55,069 bases of DNA. Source: Candidatus Segetimicrobium genomatis (GTDB taxonomy: Bacteria; Sysuimicrobiota; Sysuimicrobiia; Sysuimicrobiales; Kaftiobacteriaceae). Each line of letters opens with the position of its first letter. Within the stretch, counting starts at the first letter, position 1. Below the pieces are notes generated by a model. That model saw only the letters and a list, made by a program, of their open reading frames with translations, did not search any database and was not told where the DNA came from. Positions 36,912 through 45,321 of the stretch are shown in pieces. Location: positions 1 to 55,069 of the forward strand of contig VBAP01000040.1 in NCBI GenBank assembly GCA_005882335.1, in the 5' to 3' direction. The position numbers and the translations under genes were made by a program.

Positions 36912-38538
36912 AGTACCCAATCGCACACCCATCAACGCGGGAATCCGAGCCGCCATAGAACATGCCGTCTTGTATCATGATGGCCTGGGAGCCTCCCCCT
37001 GATTCCATCTCCCCCATCTCTCGTATGGCGTGGCCGCGCGCGGCGAGTTCTGCCGTCGTCTCTGCCGGAAACCCAGCCTCCACCCGCAACTCAGATGCCG
37101 CCAGGAGGTTCGCGGGATCCGTGCCGGGGAAGCTGAACCACCGTGGCCGTTCAATCGCCTCCTGAATCGAAAGCCCACTGTCTGCGATATTGCTGAATAC
37201 CTGCGTGTTCCACTGCGGCTGCCCATCTCCGCCGGGTGTCCCCCAGGCCAGGTACGGCGCGCCCTGCCGGAACGACATGAAAGGCATGAGCGTGTGCATG
37301 GTGCGCTTGCCTGGCCCAATGCAGTTCGGATGATTTTCATCCAGGACGAAACCGCGCCCGGCTCGGTTGTTCAGCAGAATTCCGGTCCCTTCTACGATCT
37401 CGCCGCAGCCGAAACTGGCGGAGAGGCTGGTGATGTACGACACGACGTTGCCCTGCGCGTCGGCGACGCAGAAGTACGTCGTGTCGCCGACTCTCTGTGC
37501 GAGCAACCCTGCCGGGACCTCGGCCCGGGCGCGCCGGGAATCGATGACGCCCCGCCGGCGCACAGCGTAGTCCTTTGAGAGCAGGATGTCGAGCGGGTTG
37601 TCTATGAACCGGGGATCGCCCAGATAGGCCAGCCGGTCGGCAAACGCCAGTTTCTTCGCCTCGACCGCCAGATGCACGGCGTCCGCCGTCCCCCAGCGCA
37701 ATTGATCCGGGGGGTATCCTTCCAGGATATTCAGCATCTCCAGCACGACGATGCCCTGCGAGGGCGGCGCAGTCGTGTAGACGGTGTGCCCGCGATATGT
37801 TGTCGCGATCGGGTCGTACACGTCGCTGCGGTGCTCGGCAAACTCGCGCTCAGTCATCAATCCTCCGTGGGCCTGGGAGTACCGCGCCAGCTGCCTCGCC
37901 AGATCGCCGCGGTAGAACACATCGCGACCGCCCGCGGCCACGGCGCGGAGACTCCGGGCCAGATCCTTCATCACGACGACATCACCAGCGCGTGGCGGAA
38001 CTCCCCGCGGCATGAACACCTTGGCGGTGGAGGGGAACTGGGCGATCACGTCGGCGGCCTGCTGCACCCAAAAGGCCACCTTCGGAGCAATCGGGACTCC
38101 TTCGTCGGCGTAGCCGATCGCTGCCTCGAGCAATTGCCCCAATGTGAACCGGCCGGAGCCCCACCGCTCCAGGGCGGTGACCATGGCGTCCACCGCTCCA
38201 GGCACCGAAACCGCCAGCATGCCGCGCAACGGCATCGTGCGATGCCCGTGCGCCACGAACCAGCCCACCGTCGCCGCGTAGGGGGCGACCCCGCTGCCGT
38301 TGACGGCGTAGAGTTTGCGCTCCGCCGCCCGGTACACCAGCATGAAGGTGTCACCGCCCAGGCCGGACATCATCGGCTGAGCAACACCCATCACCCCCGC
38401 AGTCGCCACCGCGGCATCGACGGCGTTGCCGCCAGAGGTCAGCACCCGCAGCCCCGCGACGGAGGCCAGCGGATGTCCCGTTGCCACCATCCCCCGTTGG
38501 GCGACGACGACCGCGCGGCTGAGCCGACCCATGACCAT
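36910..38538 (-). CDS. ggt: Gamma-glutamyltransferase family protein
   Basis: GGNAVDAA, SGLGGD, PPSQG, catalytic DTTYF, PGKRTMHTL, GTPGGDGQPQ, GSDSRVDG. Confidence 0.93.
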   Translation of the reverse strand: MVMGRLSRAVVVAQRGMVATGHPLASVAGLRVLTSGGNAVDAAVATAGVMGVAQPMMSGLGGDTFMLVYRAAERKLYAVNGSGVAPYAATVGWFVAHGHRTMPLRGMLAVSVPGAVDAMVTALERWGSGRFTLGQLLEAAIGYADEGVPIAPKVAFWVQQAADVIAQFPSTAKVFMPRGVPPRAGDVVVMKDLARSLRAVAAGGRDVFYRGDLARQLARYSQAHGGLMTEREFAEHRSDVYDPIATTYRGHTVYTTAPPSQGIVVLEMLNILEGYPPDQLRWGTADAVHLAVEAKKLAFADRLAYLGDPRFIDNPLDILLSKDYAVRRRGVIDSRRARAEVPAGLLAQRVGDTTYFCVADAQGNVVSYITSLSASFGCGEIVEGTGILLNNRAGRGFVLDENHPNCIGPGKRTMHTLMPFMSFRQGAPYLAWGTPGGDGQPQWNTQVFSNIADSGLSIQEAIERPRWFSFPGTDPANLLAASELRVEAGFPAETTAELAARGHAIREMGEMESGGGSQAIMIQDGMFYGGSDSRVDGCAIGY

Positions 38539-38605
38539 CTCATCCTCCTTCAAGGAAATTAGCGTTGATTTCTCTGGGACGGACGAGCTTGCCTCCTCAA
38601 AAAAA

Positions 38606-38684
38606 CAGTAGCCAGTAGCCACTAGCCAGTAGCCGGTAGAATCGGGACTGTTAACTGGCTAGTGGATACTGGTTACTGGCTACT
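38606..38684. repeat. Inverted heptamer tandem repeats (cagtagc / ctggcta)
   Basis: cagtagc cagtagc cactagc cagtagc cggtaga ... actggct agtggat actggtt actggct act. Confidence 0.8.
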
Positions 38685-38726
38685 CTGCGTCAGGGGTCGC
38701 CGCACATGATGCCGAATCAGTGCTCT

Positions 38727-40013
38727 ATGCTGCGCATCATCGCATCCATGCTCTTGCTCATCATGGTGACCGCTGTATCCGCCGCGGCACCGACTCTCGT
38801 GGCCCCGGACGTCACGGAAGACGCCACCGAGGCCAACAGCCAGCCGAAGATCGGCGTCGACGACTCCGGGAAGATCTACATCACGTTCGTGAAGACCGCG
38901 GGCGGCTATTCACAGATTTTTGTGGCGTCCTCGACCGACGGCCGGCGGTGGGATATTCAGCAGGTCACGCGGGCGAGAGCCCACGCCCGGTACCCGTCCC
39001 TGGCGGTGGGACCCGACAACACGGTGCACCTGGCCTGGACGCAATACGACAACGGCGTCGGGAAAGTGTACTATGCGCGTTACGCCAATCAGGGCTGGAG
39101 CACGCCCCTGAAGGTCTCTCCAGGTGACGCCTATGCCGGAATTCCGGCCCTGGCGGTCGATGCGCAGGGGACGGTGCACATGGTCTGGTATGGAATCCGC
39201 GCCGGCGCGCCGGCGATCACCACGCGCCATGGCTCCATCTACGAGATCCTCTACACAGCCGCCAGCGATGGCCGGCTGGGCCCCGCATCGAATGGTGCGG
39301 GGTGGAGAGAGCCGAAAGTCATCAGCCCCGGCATCCCCGACGCCATCAATCCGGCGCTGGTGATTGACAGCACCGGCCGGCTCCACAGCGCCTGGTACCA
39401 GTTCGATCTGCGCAACTATCAGGTACGGCACACACTGCGCCCTGCATCGACTGGCGCGGGGGTGTACGACCGCGCCTGGACGCCACCCGAGACCATCTCG
39501 TCGGGGCGCGCGGATGCGATGGCCGTTACGCTGGCCGCCGGACCGGCCGGTACCGCGGTCGTCGCCTGGGAGCGCCGGGATTCCGGCAGCCGCATCTACT
39601 TCGCCGAGCGCTCGCAGCGATGGAGCGGCCAGCAACTGATCTCCGCCCCGTCGCAGAACGGGTTCAATCCCTCGGTGGCCATCGATGGGCGCGGCCGTGT
39701 GTACGTGGCGTGGGACGACGGCGGGCAGATCTACCTGCGCCGGCGTGACGGTGCCTGGCGGGAAACCAACCGGGTGACGCGCGAGGCCAAGAGCACTCAT
39801 CCCATCATTGCCGCGGTCAAAGACAAGGTCCTGGTGATGTGGACACAGCAGGTTGGCGATGCCACTCGCCTGCGTGTGGCGACGGTGGAGGGCACAAGCG
39901 TAGCGCCGCCGCGGTCGCGACTTCCGTGGGGTGTGGTCATCGCCGGGCTACTCGTGGGATACTACCTGCTTTGGGCTGCTCTGCAACGGCGACGCACTCG
40001 CCCACGCGCGTAG
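38727..40013 (+). CDS. Secreted beta-propeller (BNR/sialidase-like repeat) protein with C-terminal membrane anchor
   Basis: Signal peptide, repeated P.LAVD..G.VH..W and W..P..IS blades, C-terminal TM followed by an Arg-rich tail. Confidence 0.8.
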   Translation: MLRIIASMLLLIMVTAVSAAAPTLVAPDVTEDATEANSQPKIGVDDSGKIYITFVKTAGGYSQIFVASSTDGRRWDIQQVTRARAHARYPSLAVGPDNTVHLAWTQYDNGVGKVYYARYANQGWSTPLKVSPGDAYAGIPALAVDAQGTVHMVWYGIRAGAPAITTRHGSIYEILYTAASDGRLGPASNGAGWREPKVISPGIPDAINPALVIDSTGRLHSAWYQFDLRNYQVRHTLRPASTGAGVYDRAWTPPETISSGRADAMAVTLAAGPAGTAVVAWERRDSGSRIYFAERSQRWSGQQLISAPSQNGFNPSVAIDGRGRVYVAWDDGGQIYLRRRDGAWRETNRVTREAKSTHPIIAAVKDKVLVMWTQQVGDATRLRVATVEGTSVAPPRSRLPWGVVIAGLLVGYYLLWAALQRRRTRPRA

Positions 40014-40132
40014 TCGCGTCATCGCACCTCGGCCACAACTTCCGCGCCCGCCCGACTGCGCGACCGCGTCTGCCGTCAGGAGAAGTCTCAGACCAGAAGG
40101 CGTACGCGCTGGCGTAGCGAAGGACGCTTCCC

Positions 40133-40795
40133 GTGGCCGGAACCTTCCCATCGCCCGCCCGGAAACGTTGGTTTGCGCGGAAGCTGCTGCAGTGGTATGC
40201 GCGGCACGGCCGCGACCTGCCATGGCGCCACACCCGCGATCCGTACCGCGTCCTGGTCTCTGAGATCATGCTGCAGCAGACCCAGGTGTCGCGGGTCGTC
40301 CCCAAGTATCGCGAATGGATGCGGAGGTACCCATCGTGGGGCGTGCTGGCGAAGGCGCCGGTGCGGCAGGTCCGGGAAGCATGGTATCCGCTGGGCTACA
40401 ATATCCGTCCCCTCCGCCTGCGGGAGATCGCCCGCACCGTCACGCGAAAATACGCAGGACGGCTGCCCGACACCAAGCCCGAACTGCTGGCACTCAAGGG
40501 CATCGGCCGGTATACGGCGGGGGCCCTGCTGACGTTTGCCTATGGCAAAAGAGAGCCGATCCTTGACACCAACGTGCGGCGCGTGCTGCGCCGTGTGTTC
40601 TTCGGGAATCGCCCGGTCACCGACCGGGTGTTGTGGGATCTGTCGGCCGCCGTGCTCCCCCGCCGGGAGCCCTATGACTTCAACCAGGCGTTGATGGACC
40701 TCGGCGCCACGGTGTGCACCGCGCGCGCGCCGGCGTGCCCGATGTGCCCAATGCGGCCTTCCTGCCGCGCGTATCCGCTCTTTTCTCCTGCGTGA
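40133..40795 (+). CDS. mutY: A/G-specific adenine glycosylase, short form (HhH-GPD with [4Fe-4S])
   Basis: RDLPWR..DPYRVLVSEIMLQQTQV, LKGIGRYTA, DTNVRRV, NQALMDLGATVC..C..CP...C. No C-terminal MutT-like domain. Confidence 0.85.
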   Translation: MAGTFPSPARKRWFARKLLQWYARHGRDLPWRHTRDPYRVLVSEIMLQQTQVSRVVPKYREWMRRYPSWGVLAKAPVRQVREAWYPLGYNIRPLRLREIARTVTRKYAGRLPDTKPELLALKGIGRYTAGALLTFAYGKREPILDTNVRRVLRRVFFGNRPVTDRVLWDLSAAVLPRREPYDFNQALMDLGATVCTARAPACPMCPMRPSCRAYPLFSPA

Positions 40796-41529
40796 TCTCG
40801 CCGCGGATACGGGCGATCCTCTTTGACGCGGGCGACACGCTGATCGCCTACCGCCGCCCGCTGCGGATCCTGCTGCAGGATTTCTTCATCCAGCACAACG
40901 AGATTCTAAAACGGGACGACATCGCCGAGGCGCTGGAGGGCGTCAACCCACGCCACGACACCCTCGTCCACCAGGTCCGCACCGTGGCCGACGAGCAAAG
41001 GATGTGGCTGGAGCTGGCGCGCGACCTGCTGGACATCCTGCTGCCCAGACGGCGCGACCTCTACCCTGAGCTGGCACGCTGGTTTGTTGATGGGTACCGC
41101 CACCTGAAGGTGTTCCGGGATGCCGGGCCCACGCTGCGCCGGCTGCACGCCCGGGCCTACCGCCTGGCGGTCGTGTCCAACTGGGAACCATCGCTGAAGG
41201 TCACCCTGGACAAACTGGGCTTGGGCAAGTATTTCGACACCGTTGTCATCTCGGCGGCCGAGGGGGTGTGGAAGCCGGACCCCAGGCTGTTTGGGATCGC
41301 ATTGGACCGGCTCGGCATCCCGGCCGCGGAGGCGCTCAGCGTCGGCGATCACATCGCGCGCGACGTTGACGCGGCCCGGATCGCCGGCCTCAGCGCTGTG
41401 CTGCTCGACCGGTTTGACAACCATCCTGAATACTCGCCGCGCGTGAAATCGCTGGCGGAATTGCTCGAGTTTCTAACCGCCGCCTATCCAGCGAACATAG
41501 CGAACGCGGGTAACAAGGGGAACAAATGA
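40792..41529 (+). CDS. HAD-superfamily hydrolase
   Basis: ILFDAGDTL, VVSNW, KPDPRLF, VGDH..DV.AA. GTGA overlap with mutY. Confidence 0.9.
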   Translation: MISPRIRAILFDAGDTLIAYRRPLRILLQDFFIQHNEILKRDDIAEALEGVNPRHDTLVHQVRTVADEQRMWLELARDLLDILLPRRRDLYPELARWFVDGYRHLKVFRDAGPTLRRLHARAYRLAVVSNWEPSLKVTLDKLGLGKYFDTVVISAAEGVWKPDPRLFGIALDRLGIPAAEALSVGDHIARDVDAARIAGLSAVLLDRFDNHPEYSPRVKSLAELLEFLTAAYPANIANAGNKGNK

Positions 41530-41600
41530 CCAATTGCATATTCCTTATTCCTTCGTTTGTTCGCCCTGCTCGCCTCGTTCGCCGTGTTCGCTATGTTCGC
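41490..41600. repeat. Second inverted 9-mer (gcgaac) repeat cassette
   Basis: gcgaacatagcgaac (41491-41505) and gttcgctatgttcgc (41586-41600) are perfect arms, with further degenerate units. Confidence 0.8.
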
Positions 41601-42002
41601 GGGTGGCGATTGTTCGTCGCACGCGTTCACGCGCTCGTTTGCGCTGTCCCCAAAGGTCGCGTCGTCACGTACGGTCAAATCGCACGGCTGGCCGGCAGGC
41701 CGCGTGCGGCGCGTGAGGTAGGATGGATTGCGCACGCCGGTGGAGACGGCATTCCCTGGCAGCGGGTCGTCAACCGCACCGGCGGGCTGGCGAGCGGCTA
41801 CAGTGGGGGCCGCACCGGGCACAGACGCGCGCTGGCGCGGGACGGCGTGCGGGCCGGATCGGAGGACCGTGTAGACCTGAGCGCCTATCAGTGGTGGCCA
41901 GATCATCAGACGGCACGGTGCCTCGGACTGCCGCAGGAAGCGATGGCCGCGCTGGCGGCACCGGCGAACCGGGTGCGGCAGGCGGCGGGGCGGAGGCGCT
42001 GA
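41526..42002 (+). CDS. Alkyltransferase-like (ATL, MGMT-family) protein
   Basis: VPKGRVVTYGQIA..AREVGW..IPWQRVVN, with Trp in place of the PCHR Cys. Start uncertain because of the repeats. Confidence 0.85.
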   Translation: MTNCIFLIPSFVRPARLVRRVRYVRGWRLFVARVHALVCAVPKGRVVTYGQIARLAGRPRAAREVGWIAHAGGDGIPWQRVVNRTGGLASGYSGGRTGHRRALARDGVRAGSEDRVDLSAYQWWPDHQTARCLGLPQEAMAALAAPANRVRQAAGRRR

Positions 42003-42370
42003 TGTCCGGCGAAACGAGCGATCTACAGGCTCTGGCAGGCGCGCCGATTGTGCGCCTCACCACCATTGGCCGCCGCACAAAGCACCCGCGCACCGTGGAG
42101 CTGTGGTTTGCCTATCACGAGGGACGCATCTACCTGCTGGGCCATCCGGAGTCCAACTGGGTGAGGAACGTGGCCGCCAACCCGCGTGTCACGCTGGCGA
42201 TAGACGAGATCACATTTGAGGGCGCCGCCCGTATCGTCGACAGCGCCCGCTCGCAGGTCTACCAACTCTTCCAAAACAAATACGGCACCGAGCAGATATC
42301 CTACTGGTACGGCGCAGAACGCGCACAGCGGCGTACCATCGAGATCGTGCTCCGGCTCGCCGCGCACTAG
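42002..42370 (+). CDS. Nitroreductase/deazaflavin-dependent (DDN-like) split-barrel protein
   Basis: LTTIGRRTKHPRTVELWF, SNWVRNVAANPRV. Confidence 0.8.
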   Translation: MSGETSDLQALAGAPIVRLTTIGRRTKHPRTVELWFAYHEGRIYLLGHPESNWVRNVAANPRVTLAIDEITFEGAARIVDSARSQVYQLFQNKYGTEQISYWYGAERAQRRTIEIVLRLAAH

Positions 42371-42464
42371 TGCCGTACCAACTTGATTTGCCGCATGTGC
42401 CCTTCTTAGTAACTCGGAAATCGCTCAGAAGGTAAGCCTAACTATCAAGTTGGTACGGCACTAG
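42367..42464. mobile_element. 98-bp MITE-like element with perfect 21-bp inverted ends bounded by CTAG
   Basis: ctagtgccgtaccaacttgat (42367-87) and atcaagttggtacggcactag (42444-64), with an AT-richer core. Confidence 0.75.
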
Positions 42465-42469
42465 CTCGA

Positions 42470-43522
42470 CTACGGCACCAATACGATCTTCCCGAAATGC
42501 TCCCGGGCTTCGAAGATGCGGTGGGCCTCTCGAATTCCCGCCAGCGGCAGCACGGCGTGGATCACCGGGACCAGCGCGCCAGCGAAGACCAGGCCCATCA
42601 CCATCAAGAAGTCGGAGACGCTTCCCATTGCGGCACCGAGGATGCGGCGGTGCCGCTGATAGATCTCCCGGATGTCGATGTCCGGCCGCTCGCCGCCGGT
42701 GGCTCCGCAGATGGCCATGCGTCCCCCGGGCCGGAGGCTGCGGATGGTTTCCGGCCAGGTGGCGGCACCCACCGGATCGATCGCGACGTGTGCGCCGGCT
42801 CCGGTAATCTCCCGGACCTGCGCGCTGAACTGCGGATGAGTCAAACGGTCGATCGGCACCGCACCGAGTTTCGCAGCTTTCGCCGCCTTGCCGGCACCGC
42901 CGACGAGCGCGAGTACACGCGCGCCGGCCAGCCTGCCGATCTGCAGCGCCGCCGCGCCGACGCCGCCGGAGGCGCCGACCACGAGCAGGTCCTCACCGGC
43001 CCGCAGTCGGGCCGCGGTCATCAGTCCTCGCCACGCGGTGGTAAAGCATACGGGCGCCGCGGCGGCATGTTCAAGGGAAACGTGATCCGGGACGCACAGC
43101 AAATTTGCCGCGGGCACGACCGTGTACTCGGCCATCCCGCCGGGGATGTGCTCGCCGTAGATGCGGTAGTCGGCGCACATCGACTGCTCACCGGCCAGGC
43201 ACCACGCGCACTGTCCGCACGAGAGAATGGGATTCACCACGACGCGGTCACCCGGCGCGGCATCGGTCGCCCCGGGACCGACCGCCTCCACCACCCCGGC
43301 AACGTCGCCGCCGGTGATGAGCGGCAACGCCAGCCGGCCCCACGGGTACACTGGACGCCCGCCCGGCGGGCCGCTGCGCGCCCACACGTCCAGGTTGTTG
43401 AGCGCGACAGCGCGCACGTGCACCAGCACCTGGCCGCCCTCAGGCCTGGGGGTGGGAATCTCCTCGAGCCTCAGCGTGTCGATGCCGCCGTGCGCACGGA
43501 TGACGACCGCTTTCATCGTCAC
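42470..43522 (-). CDS. Zinc-binding MDR dehydrogenase/quinone oxidoreductase
   Basis: MKAVVI, GGDVAGVV, structural Zn site CGQCAWC..C, GASGGVG, GKIVL. Confidence 0.9.
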   Translation of the reverse strand: MTMKAVVIRAHGGIDTLRLEEIPTPRPEGGQVLVHVRAVALNNLDVWARSGPPGGRPVYPWGRLALPLITGGDVAGVVEAVGPGATDAAPGDRVVVNPILSCGQCAWCLAGEQSMCADYRIYGEHIPGGMAEYTVVPAANLLCVPDHVSLEHAAAAPVCFTTAWRGLMTAARLRAGEDLLVVGASGGVGAAALQIGRLAGARVLALVGGAGKAAKAAKLGAVPIDRLTHPQFSAQVREITGAGAHVAIDPVGAATWPETIRSLRPGGRMAICGATGGERPDIDIREIYQRHRRILGAAMGSVSDFLMVMGLVFAGALVPVIHAVLPLAGIREAHRIFEAREHFGKIVLVP

Positions 43523-45294
43523 GCTCCCGCTTCGGCGAGCACCTGCCGCGCCGCCCGCAACGCGCTCCGCACGCGGTTGCGGCCTCGAGTCAGGTGAATG
43601 ACCGTCACGCGGTGGGCTTCGCTGCCGGGTTCCAGAGAGGCGAGTTTGGCGGCCGGTTCCAGGTCGGGCAGCGGCGGTACGTCCACCGCGGGATCGTGGC
43701 GGAACCGCCCGGCGCGACTGTAGTTGATCGGGACCAGAATGCGGGCCAGCCGGCGCTGTACCTCGTTGGCGCGCCTCACCCGGGGATCATCGACCGGCGC
43801 CGAAGCCAGACCCGCGATGCGATCGTAGAAGCGCGCCGCGTCCTGTCCCAGCGCCCGCGCATCCTCGATCGCCTCGCCGAGATCGAACTGCGACCCCGCG
43901 GCCTCCTGATACCGGCGCAGCGTCTGCTCGAACTCTGTGGCCACGGCGGCGAAGTCCAGAGGATAGATCGGACTGTTGGCCGCCCGCAACACCGCCGCCG
44001 CGTACACCCTGATGTCCCGGAGCAGGTGATCCCGGTCGGCGATCTCCAGAGTGTCATCCTCGGTGTGCCAGGCGATGTTGCCCCCGCACCCGCCGACGGG
44101 ATAGTAGTTCTTCTCTTTGACCAGGTCTTTCGGCATGGTCGACGACAGCATATAGAATGTGGAAACGCCGATGTTGCTGAATGATTTGTCTCCGGCCCGC
44201 AGGGGCCGGCCGCCGCTGCTGTCCTGGCCGGTCACGTCGCGGATCACCGCCCTGGCGACGCCTTCAGCCTCGCTCATCCAGAACACGTCCTCGAAGACCG
44301 TCGCCCAGCGGCAGCCCGGGGAGTCGCAGTTGATGTGCAGGACGCAGTTTTCGTCGATGTCCATCGCGAACGTGTCGGCAAACCACGTCGACCCGGCGTA
44401 ACGACCGTGAGAGTGGCCGGACCACCAGGCGATCCGGACGCTGCGGCGCAGGTGCTGCCGGTGCTGCCAGAGCACGCGCGCGGTCTCCAGCAGCGTGGCG
44501 TCGCCGGTGGCGTTGTCGCCGATGCCTTGATGCCACGAGTCGATGTGGCCGTGGAGCAGTACAAACTTCTCGGGCTCCACCGTGCCGCGGATCTCGGCCA
44601 CCAGCACGGGAATCGGCCGCCAGCCCTCGTCCAGCTTTGTGGAATACCGTACCTTCACGGCCCCAGATTGCGCCAGATCTCGCAGCCAGTTCCCCTCGCT
44701 CTTGTTCACGGCCAGGACGGGAATCTTCGGCTTGCGGCCGATTGAATCGAGGTCAGGCGAACCCCAGATCGTGGTGCAGATGCCTTCGTGGATGCGTTCG
44801 CCCGGGCTGATGAAGATCGCGGCGCGGGCTCCCCGCTCCTGCAACGCCGCCACCTTGCCGGGCGACGGATATCCTTCGGTCAAGGCGACGCGGTCTGCGA
44901 CATCCGCCTGCAGTTCGATCCGGGCGAAAATGGCCGTGATCGCCCCCGCCTGCCCGGTCGGCACATACACCAGGTTGCCCCGCTGATAGTGGCCGTCCAT
45001 AGACAGCGACATGGACGGCGTCTTGGCGGTCAGCGCCCGCGGCGCCGGGGCAAGCACCTCCAGCCGGGCGCGGCGGGGCACGCTGATGAGCAGTTCGGGT
45101 TCGTGCAGGGTGTGGGGCACGCCCCACTTCGCCAGCTGCTTGATGATGTACTCGATCCCGCGGCGTTCCGCCTTGCCCCCTGAGTCCCGCACCAGTGTGT
45201 CGAACCGTTCCACCAGCGCCCACGGCGCGTCAAGCGTCACGGCCGCGGTCACCGCCTGCTCGTGCGGATCTTTCCACGTTGCGGTCCAGCTCAC
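43519..45294 (-). CDS. M28-like peptidase with PA domain (paralog 1)
   Basis: HGHIDSWH.GIGDNATG, WWSGHSHGRYAGS, NCDSPG, WHTEDDT. Confidence 0.85.
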   Translation of the reverse strand: MSWTATWKDPHEQAVTAAVTLDAPWALVERFDTLVRDSGGKAERRGIEYIIKQLAKWGVPHTLHEPELLISVPRRARLEVLAPAPRALTAKTPSMSLSMDGHYQRGNLVYVPTGQAGAITAIFARIELQADVADRVALTEGYPSPGKVAALQERGARAAIFISPGERIHEGICTTIWGSPDLDSIGRKPKIPVLAVNKSEGNWLRDLAQSGAVKVRYSTKLDEGWRPIPVLVAEIRGTVEPEKFVLLHGHIDSWHQGIGDNATGDATLLETARVLWQHRQHLRRSVRIAWWSGHSHGRYAGSTWFADTFAMDIDENCVLHINCDSPGCRWATVFEDVFWMSEAEGVARAVIRDVTGQDSSGGRPLRAGDKSFSNIGVSTFYMLSSTMPKDLVKEKNYYPVGGCGGNIAWHTEDDTLEIADRDHLLRDIRVYAAAVLRAANSPIYPLDFAAVATEFEQTLRRYQEAAGSQFDLGEAIEDARALGQDAARFYDRIAGLASAPVDDPRVRRANEVQRRLARILVPINYSRAGRFRHDPAVDVPPLPDLEPAAKLASLEPGSEAHRVTVIHLTRGRNRVRSALRAARQVLAEAGA

Positions 45295-45321
45295 GACAAG
45301 ATCCTCCCTCTAGCTGCAGAG

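Noticed and set aside
23465-41600. Repeat arrays as possible CRISPR
   Set aside because: Units are 7-9 nt and contiguous, with no unique spacers and no cas genes.
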